A stretch of 17,920 nt of DNA from Octopus sinensis (Eukaryota). The notes beneath the pieces were generated by a model. That model did no database searches. It saw nothing but the letters and a program-made list of their open reading frames with translations, and was not told the origin of the DNA. The stretch covers positions 1-17,920 of the forward strand of contig NW_021824583.1 of NCBI RefSeq assembly GCF_006345805.1, written 5' to 3'. Both the position numbers and the translations under genes were made by a program. Below, piece by piece: positions 10,708 through 17,920 of this stretch. How positions within the stretch are numbered: position 1 is the stretch's first letter; each line of letters begins with the position of its first letter.

Positions 10708-11150
10708 GGAGTGGGCAGAATCTTTAGCATGACGGGCAAAATGCTCAAAATGCATTTACCTTGTCTTTGCGCTCTGAACTCAAAATCTTCAGACGTCGAC
10801 TTTGCATTTAATCCTTTCGAAGATTGATAAAATAAATACTAATCAAGCAGTGGTATCGATGTAGTTAACTTACCATCTCCTCTGAAATAGCTGAGCTTGT
10901 GCCAAATTTTGAAGGCGATGTGCAGGTAGAATCTTTAGCACATCTTTACGTTCTGAGTTCAAATCCTTCCCCAGGTCAACTTTACATTTCATCCTTTCTG
11001 AGTCGATAAAATAAATACCGGTCGAGCACTGGTTTCGATGTAATCGACTTACAACCGCCTTTGAAATTGTTGATCTTGTGCCAAATTTTGAAGGTGAGGA
11101 GTTGGGTCCCTAAAATAAGTACCAGTTGAGCACTGAGATTGATGTAATCC
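10708..11150 (+). mobile_element. Family 1 SINE, tail type 2: three head-to-tail, progressively deleted units
   Basis: Units at about 10708-10911, 10912-11090 and 11091-11150. The identical 20-mer cttgtgccaaattttgaagg occurs at 10896-10915 and 11075-11094. Bodies carry gtc(g/a)acttt..atcctttc..taaaataa.tac. Confidence 0.75.
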
Positions 11151-11184
11151 TGCGAAACTACTGACCCTGTGACAACATTTGTTG

Positions 11185-11252
11185 ATGGTAGAACTGCTAG
11201 CACGGCGAGAAAATTGCTTGGCGGCAGTTTGCTTGTCTCTAGATTCTGAACT
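11185..11252 (+). mobile_element. Degenerate family 1 SINE head
   Basis: ggtagaactgctagcacggcgagaaaattgcttggcggc aligns loosely with ggcagaa.cgttagcacgccgggcgaaatgcttagcgg of the family 1 heads in this window. Confidence 0.4.
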
Positions 11253-11354
11253 TGTCTGTAATCGTTCTGAGTGTCTTTCGTTGTTGGTAAAAGTCGACAG
11301 GCCCCTCTCCGCCAAACTTCAACCCTTGTGCCTATACTAAAAGGGTTATAGCTA

Positions 11355-11490
11355 TGATTACTATCATTATTATTATTATTGTTGTTGCTGTGTGAGTGTG
11401 TATGTGTGTCTGAGTGTGTGTTTGTGTTCCTGCTTCAGATGACGCACTCGGCATAGTTGCTTTAGTTGTTGGTGTTGTTGCTGCTGCTGC

Positions 11491-11521
<31 letters not shown>

Positions 11522-11580
11522 GCTATAACTGTTGTTCTCGTTCTTGTCGCTGCTGTTGTTGTTCTTGTTGCTAGAACTAC
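11355..11580. repeat. (ATT)n, (GT)n and (GTT/GCT)n microsatellites
   Basis: Directly visible; source of the poly-V ORF 11414-11608. Confidence 0.85.
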
Positions 11581-11939
11581 CTGCTGGCCGTTGTATGCTG
11601 GAAATTAACTTTCTGTCATATGGCAACATAATTTATCAATGTATGACATGGTGATGTTTGGAGTTCTTGTTTTATTTATTTATTTATTTATTTATTTATT
11701 TTTTAGTGATCCTTCTTTCTTTTTTTATAATTTTATTTTTTATATATTTTTTTTCCTGTAAAGAGGAATAGAAAACAGGAGAAGATAAGAAAGAAGAGAG
11801 AGAGGAGAAAGACCAAGCTGTGTCTTCGTGTATCTAGGTTAGATGTTGACAGCTTTATAATTGCATTAGGTACACATTGTTTATTTATTTTATTTTTCTC
11901 GTTTCTTTGATTTATCATCAGTTATCTTACATAAGATTT

Positions 11940-12005
11940 AATAAATATGCTAGTGTATATATGAATATATATATAGGAAATATACATACATACATACACA
12001 CATAC

Positions 12006-12038
<33 letters not shown>

Positions 12039-12250
12039 CATACATACATATATATATATATGTATATATTATATAGATATATATATATATATATATATAA
12101 CTAATATATATACGAATATATATAGACACATATGTACATACTATATGTATATATTTAAATTATGTATATTATACATATATATGTGCATAAGCATGCATGT
12201 ATATGTATGTATCTAGCTATAAATATATACATATATACACACACACACAC

Positions 12251-12292
<42 letters not shown>

Positions 12293-12447
12293 TAATAATA
12301 TATATATATATATATTTGAGAGATAGAGAGACGGATGATATATAAATATAGATAGTAATACATATATAGTATAGAGAAATAGAAAAGAAGACGAGCAAGG
12401 GATATATGTATATTATATATATATATATATATAATATATATTTATAT

Positions 12448-12480
<33 letters not shown>

Positions 12481-12600
12481 CAATGTGTATATATTCACCA
12501 ATGTTGGTATATGCACGCAATGTAATTGTGTTTGTGTTGAGCAGGACGTGACAGAGTGCACGGTGTGTATGTATGTGCTTATATGTGTGTAATGTAAACG
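11940..12600. repeat. (TA)n/(TACA)n/(TG)n low-complexity region
   Basis: Directly visible. Confidence 0.85.
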
Positions 12601-12779
12601 TCATTTCGGGCTGAACTCATATGAACAGAATCTCCTCAAGCCCTTTTATACATTTTAGATTCGATCCCCAAACTAGAAGTTGTGATGGAATTTAAACGCT
12701 TTTTCTGCGCTTTATTTTTTCTCACTCATATATCCTGTTGATATTCACTGAATATCACTTGGAGCCTACATTTTATCAT

Positions 12780-13028
12780 TTATTTATTTCCCCTATTAGA
12801 CATCGGCCACGCTGGAGCACCATCTTCACCAACTCTTAGTCGAACTAATCGATCCCAGTATATTTTTGTAGGCCCGGCACGTATTTTATCGGTCTTTTGC
12901 CGAACTGCTAATTTACGGAGACGTAAAAAAGAACCAACACTTGTCCAAGGTTCCACGCAATGTGAGTGTATCCGGAACCATATGGTTAGGAAGCAAAATG
13001 CTTAACCCACAGCAACAACTGGGCCTAT
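12780..13028 (-). mobile_element. tRNA-derived SINE, family 3, probably internally deleted
   Basis: The reverse complement begins ataggcccagttgttgctgtgggttaagc..ggttccggatacactcacattgcgtggaaccttggacaagtgt (degenerate tRNA-like head plus post-tRNA block). It runs directly into a 3' part ..cgtaaattagcagttcggcaaaagaccgata..tgctccagcgtggccg shared with 770-880. The internal deletion is inferred from my recollection of a longer octopus element. Confidence 0.65.
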
Positions 13029-13172
13029 GTCTAAAGTTTCGTAAAGTATGCGGGAATATTCCCATCTATGCACACACATACACACACAAACACGCACGCA
13101 AGTAGCCAAAAAGTACCCGGGCAATAAAATATTTGTGTGGATCTGTATAAAAATATGTGTATATGAATGTTT

Positions 13173-13216
<44 letters not shown>

Positions 13217-13527
13217 GCCCTTAACTTCAAATGAGACCAGCAACAGGCTGATTAGAAAATTATTTTGCTGCATATAAGTACACTGGCAATAAAATGATGC
13301 CTATTACAGTTTAAAATAAGCCCAGGAATATATACCAAAGTAAGCACATAAATGTGAAACAAGGTGGAAAAAAGAGTTCTCAAATACCAGGGGTAGAGTA
13401 ATATGCTTTATTTAAAAGCAGCAGAAATAAAGTATATAATATAATAATATATATATATATATATATATAATATATATATATTAATATATATATTATATAT
13501 ATATATATATATAATATATATCATATA

Positions 13528-13748
13528 TAAATTAATCAAAATAAAAACATGATGCCAAGGATTCAGCGGTACATATGTTTCGGGCCTTTATTAGACGGAT
13601 TTATAACAATGCATAATGTGCGTCTGTGGCCTTCTTCAGCGCGCACAACTACTTCTTCAAGGACTATTTTGATTAATTTACTCCACCACCTACACCACCA
13701 AACGGTATATACAGGTGCTTACAATTATCAAGTACTCACCCCCCGAAT
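13528..13748 (-). mobile_element. About 220-bp (TA)n-flanked cassette carrying a hammerhead motif (non-autonomous Penelope-like pLTR or retrozyme-like unit)
   Basis: Unique sequence bounded by (TA)n at about 13425-13527 and about 13749-13835. It contains the hammerhead core below and a perfect 16-bp inverted repeat at 13528-13543 / 13665-13680. Confidence 0.55.
13566..13643 (-). ncRNA. Type I hammerhead ribozyme-like motif (minimal, palindromic stem III)
   Basis: Minus strand reads gcg-CUGAAGA-a-GGCC-ac-AGACG-[23 nt]-CGUCU-aauaaa-GGCC-c-GAAA-cauaugU-A-c-cgc. Core boxes are in the correct order, stem II is 4+5 bp, stem III ACAUAUGU is self-complementary, and the cleavage triplet is GUA. Imperfections: A/C at the base of stem II and one extra C in stem I. 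Confidence 0.65.
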
Positions 13749-13881
13749 TTATATATATATATATATAATATATATAATATATATATATAATATATATATA
13801 TTATATATATATATAATATATATATATATAATATATGGTTCATTGAGCGATACATCATTTAAAATACACAAAATACGAAAT

Positions 13882-13955
13882 CGGTAGTAATACTTTCATG
13901 CATCAGATTTATATAGCATGTCATGTATCTCCAAGCAATCTTTCTGACTCAGGGC
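13882..13955 (-). ncRNA. Second, disrupted hammerhead-like motif
   Basis: Minus strand reads ccCUGA[gucagaa]AGA-uUGC...GCAu-GAAA-guauuacU-A. Removing the 7 nt at 13942-13948 restores CUGAAGA. Stem III agua-u-uacu is near-palindromic and the triplet is CUA, but stem I does not pair. Confidence 0.35.
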
Positions 13956-14159
13956 ATGTCATTAAATGTATTTAAAAACCAGGATGCAGGTCTACAAGAA
14001 AACATGAGGAAAATTTAGAAAAACGCGAAGAATGTTAATGCAAACTGTCAAACTAAAAGAAATGTAAGAAAATCAAGATCTTTCCTGTGTAGAAATCACA
14101 ATTAGTCATGTTTGTGTAGAAAAAGGTAACAGAAAAGATTTAATCTGAAAGATAGAAAC

Positions 14160-14408
14160 TCAGTCTAGAGCAGATGGTGTCCTCCAGTTTAACAAAATGA
14201 ACTTGTCCACGTATTTGCATTTGTTAAACATTTCGGTTGTGGAATTAAGAATTGTGGTGAATTCTTGGAGTGCGATGTTCTTGGCTTCGCATAACTTTTT
14301 GATAAAGGTGTATTTGGCGCAGTTTTTGTCCGCGATCGTTCACTTGATTGTGTGTTGCATACAGTTGATCTTCTGATCCTGTACATGGCTAGCCAACTGG
14401 ACACAGAT
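14160..14408 (-). mobile_element. Decayed C-terminus of a Penelope-like element GIY-YIG endonuclease
   Basis: One minus frame not listed in the ORF track reads ICVQLASHVQDQKINCMQHTIK*TIADKNCAKYTFIKKLCEAKNIALQEFTTILNSTTEMFNKCKYVDKFILLNWRTPSALD*. It fits the PLE endonuclease end as I recall it: T.LS.H.W.LK......IKW.I......Y......C.LC..EK..I......LN...E...KC.H..KF.L.N. The internal TGA (14340-14342) sits at the conserved Trp, and the terminal stop is at 14160-14162. Confidence 0.7.
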
Positions 14409-14514
14409 GAGAGATTATTAAAACCCACCAATTTACTGTATATCTACAGCATAAAACTATAAGGAGCACTTTTAAAAATTTTCTATGTTAAATGACATAT
14501 ATGTGTGCGTGGGT

Positions 14515-14625
14515 GTGTATGTGTGTGGGAGTAATTATATATATATATATATATATATCAATCTGTCTATCTATATATTTCTCTCCCTCTTTCGATATAT
14601 ATATATATATATTATATATATATAT
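14515..14625. repeat. (TG)/(TA)n microsatellite bounding the PLE remnant
   Basis: Directly visible. Confidence 0.85.
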
Positions 14626-15099
14626 ATTCATAGAAATGGTAAGACAACAAAAGAGAGAAAGAGACCTCGGTATTATGTAAATAGAGGAATTTATCTGTAA
14701 ATATATGTGACAATTATTCGGTAGCCATGATAAAACTAGTAGTAGTAGTAGTAGTAAAATAATAATGTCATGTGCTTCAGTTATTTAATCAGGAAATATC
14801 CAGCAATGTTCCGGGCACCTATATATTATATATATCTTTTCAAACATATAAATACATATGTGCAAAGACATATATAGATTTTTTTATATATGCATGCGTA
14901 TAGAGAAAAAGAGAGAATCAAAAAGAAAAAAATACATAGCTAGATAAATAGATAGGTGTTATCATACACGCTTAATTATATGAACATACGTATTTTGCAA
15001 GTCATTATATTTAAATACTAATTCTTAATGGATCTCGTACTACAACGCAAACATTTATCCCGATAAAAACGAATTACAGTTTGTGCCAGCTTGTCTAAG

Positions 15100-15145
15100 T
15101 GTATATGTTTGTATATGTGTATATATACTTATCTAAATATATATG

Positions 15146-15190
<45 letters not shown>

Positions 15191-15524
15191 ATATATGTAT
15201 ATATATATATATATGTACGTATGCACACACAAAGACACACAAATTTATATATATATATATATATATATATACAATCACTTTCTGTGAAAGTGAGTGTATA
15301 AGAATGTTTATCTCTCTCTCTCTCTGCATCTGCATGCAAACACATAATAGATTTTTAACAAAAAACACGCACACACACATACTCACGCACAAAGAAATAT
15401 GATTACAAATACAGACAGGTATTATCTACAGGTGTCCAGAACATTACTGGATATTTCTTGATTAAATATCTTAAGCACATGACATTATTATTATTTTACC
15501 ACCACCACCACCACCACCACCAAG

Positions 15525-15566
<42 letters not shown>

Positions 15567-15615
15567 GCTACTACTACCACCACCACCACCACCATCACTA
15601 CCACTACTGCTGCTA
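15100..15615. repeat. (CT)n (15150-15188), (TA)n and (CAC)n/(TAC)n (15498-15610) microsatellites
   Basis: Directly visible; source of the poly-SL, poly-H, poly-Y, poly-S and poly-G ORFs. Confidence 0.9.
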
Positions 15616-15779
15616 CATTCGTTATTATTTTCATTATTGATGTTCTTTATATTTTTTCTTTTCTTGTTTCTTGTAGTTGCTTTTATTGTCATTAGCGACA
15701 TGTCTTTATAAACTGTCACATGTACTTAGTTCAACCAGTCTTCCTGTTTATGTTATTTACATTTCTCTATGTTTCTTTT

Positions 15780-16250
15780 CTTATATATATGTATAATATA
15801 TATATTATATATATATATATAATATATATATATATTATATATATATATTTATATATATATAACACTTACTTTCCTATTTAGTAATATGTCAATATTGGTA
15901 TAATTATTTTATGTATACATTTAGTTATTTACTCTCTGCTTACACTTAGTAACATACACACGTATGTGTAATTCGATTTTATATTATTTGTATTTTCCCA
16001 TGTACATATATCTATACATCTATATATACTGATATATGCCCATATATGCTATATATAATATATACGTTCTCTCTCTCTTTATATATATATTGATTTATAA
16101 ATATATATCATAAATATATTATACATTTACCCACATATACATGTATACAAACATTTGTGTATATATGTATATACATATACATATATATATACATACAAGA
16201 TATATATATTATACATATAATTCATATACACATGTATAAATACTCATATA
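15780..16250. repeat. TA-rich low-complexity region
   Basis: Directly visible. Confidence 0.8.
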
Positions 16251-17004
16251 AATGAACGTATGCATTCCTGTGTGTATATATATAATCATGGTTGTCTTTC
16301 TTTTTCTATCGTTTATATTTCCGTTTTGTTTTCTCTTCCACCACTTCTCGGTCAAAACTTTGCTTCCACGTCTCGTTTTTTCTCATGTGTTCACATTAGC
16401 CAGCATCCTGATTTTACAAACAAGACATGTCGTGTGTATCGAAACCAAAACAAATGCTTGGAAACATAAGCTATGATATGTGAATCTGCCGGAATAATTT
16501 GTTTCCAAAGCATGAAACCATTAGTAGCCTATATTTAAACCCTGAGTTGTATATATTAAATGTTAAATATTACAAACTGGATAGAAATGATTTTCTTAAT
16601 CTTACATACAAAGTATCAGAAATCTCTCTGCTCTCGTCTCTCTCCCCCCATCTCTCTCTCTCTCTCGCTATATATATATATATATACATATACGTTTATA
16701 TATTTGTTTTGCAAGATTCTTGATGTGAAATTGTGTGTTGAAACAGATGTTGTTGTATTTAGGAATGGTCATTTTGCCAGTTTAGCCAATAAAAACAGAC
16801 GCCCTGTATATTTGGTGTTAATTTGCTTCAGTGTTATTTATTTTTTACATTAATCTTAATCTTATTTCGGCCAGAGTTCTTTCGTCACACATCTGTGACC
16901 TCATCTGTGATCCTTTGCTTTCTTCTTTCTTATTTTTGTGTATCTCTCCTTACTAACGGTCAGCCATATATGGTGTGTGTGTTTTTCTTGGCTAAACCAG
17001 ACAG

Positions 17005-17240
17005 GATTTCCCCTTCAAAGTGAGACATCATGTTGTTGCCAAGTATGTCAAGATACTAATCATCTGTTACAGAGCCCTCAAAATAAACTGGTCCAATTAT
17101 TTGATTGTGCCAAATCCCACACCACATTATTACATTGCCCTCGTCTTGTTGATCATCTGCCTCCATCCAATGAAGATTGGTTCGTGTGTAATATCGGCAG
17201 TTGTGAAAAGAGATAAAAAAGAGAGTGTTAGCCATTTCTC
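17005..17240 (+). pseudogene. Degenerate PHD-finger-like coding segment (pseudo-exon, or real exon with sequence errors)
   Basis: Reads CQVC-QDTNHLLQSPQNKLVQ-LFDC-AKSHTTLLHCPRLVDHLPPSNED-WF. Skipping the G at 17184 continues C-V-I-S(tcg)-AVVKRDKKE. CxxC, 'N.LVQ..DC' and 'P..EDWFC' have PHD spacing, but three to four zinc ligands are substituted. Upstream are TACTAAC (16951-16957), a pyrimidine tract and AG at 16999-17000 / 17003-17004. Confidence 0.45.
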
Positions 17241-17920
17241 ATATTGCAGGATGGAGCGTGATTTTATGGCCACTCTGTAAATATGTATATATATATATTG
17301 TGTTGTGTGTGTACGATAGAATCTTCTGATTTAAAATATTTTAGCATCTTAGGTGTCTCCAAGTTTTTTTATACCTGTCAACTACATATTTTATTACTTT
17401 TAATATTCTGTTACTAAGCATTTCATGATGTTTGTTTTTTGTACAATTCTATATAATTTTACTTTGCTGTCGGATTATACTTTCTATCTTATCTTTTTCT
17501 TTGTCCACTTTTATGTGCTTTAATGTTTCCCTATTCTAAGTGCATGAACAACCGATGCAATTGCGTTGCACACGTGTGCAACATGCAAGAGTTTATTTAA
17601 GCGGGGCTTCATATCAGTGAGGGGGGCCGGTGCGCATTGATACCGTCGAGAGGTAGGTGCCGAAACGGCACGCATTCTCTCCTGATGACCCCCATACACT
17701 TGCTGGCTTCTTGAATAGTAGCACTTGCATGTGAAAGTTGTTTGCAAGACATACACAGTGCCAAATGCACGCAAGAAGTTCTAATAGGCCAATAATTTGC
17801 CAGGCAAATGTTCATATGTGTATGTTAAAAAAACATACAGATATGCAAAAATAAACTCGGCGTAGTTTCTAATAATTCTCTCTACTATAGTCATAGCGAC
17901 TGAAATTCTATTGGAATGAA

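Noticed and set aside
10226-11150. Repeat-spacer appearance suggestive of a CRISPR array
   Set aside because: Units are 60-230 bp degenerate SINE copies in eukaryotic DNA, with no constant short repeat, unique spacers or cas genes.
11897-11921. CUGAUGA...GAAA on the minus strand with hammerhead-like spacing
   Set aside because: No stem II pairing, no stem III and no NUH triplet.
13350-13425. Segment that I recall as the end of another octopus hammerhead-bearing repeat (likewise 14707-14737)
   Set aside because: The ribozyme part is absent here and the identification rests on memory only; it needs a repeat-library search.
14340-14342. In-frame TGA in the PLE endonuclease as possible selenocysteine recoding (reported for some Naiad PLEs)
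   Set aside because: The TGA aligns with a conserved Trp (TGG to TGA), not Cys, and the fragment is otherwise decayed.
3313-16723. The many IYIY/CVCV/THTH/SIYL/SLSL ORFs in the track
   Set aside because: They are di- and tetranucleotide microsatellite translations.
17627-17665. Kunitz-like CALIPSRGRC (C-x8-C) on the + strand
   Set aside because: The rest of the Kunitz pattern is absent in all frames, and the frame has nearby stops.
17657-17740. Type II or III hammerhead from gccGAAAc, ctgatga and gtGAAAg
   Set aside because: Stems II and III cannot be formed in either topology.

Overview
Non-coding, AT-rich eukaryotic genomic DNA dominated by microsatellites and retroposons. The repeat families look like those of octopus (coleoid cephalopod), but this is recognition from memory, not a search result. 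No intact protein-coding gene is evident, and almost all ORFs in the supplied track are translations of (TA)n, (CA)n, (GAT)n, (GGT)n, (ATT)n or (TATC)n repeats. Supportable content: (1) at least 12 full or partial tRNA-derived SINE copies, including three full-length copies with target-site duplications that share one head but carry three unrelated 3' tails, plus a head-to-tail SINE array; (2) the decayed 3' end of an RTE-clade LINE; (3) a (TA)n-bounded cluster at about 13.35-14.5 kb with the decayed C-terminus of a Penelope-like GIY-YIG endonuclease and two hammerhead-ribozyme-like motifs on the same strand, one enclosed by a perfect 16-bp inverted repeat; (4) a degenerate PHD-finger-like coding segment at about 17.0-17.25 kb. 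The hammerhead cassette and the tail-swapped SINE trio are the most interesting observations. Both extend known classes of element, and nothing here shows a wholly new system.
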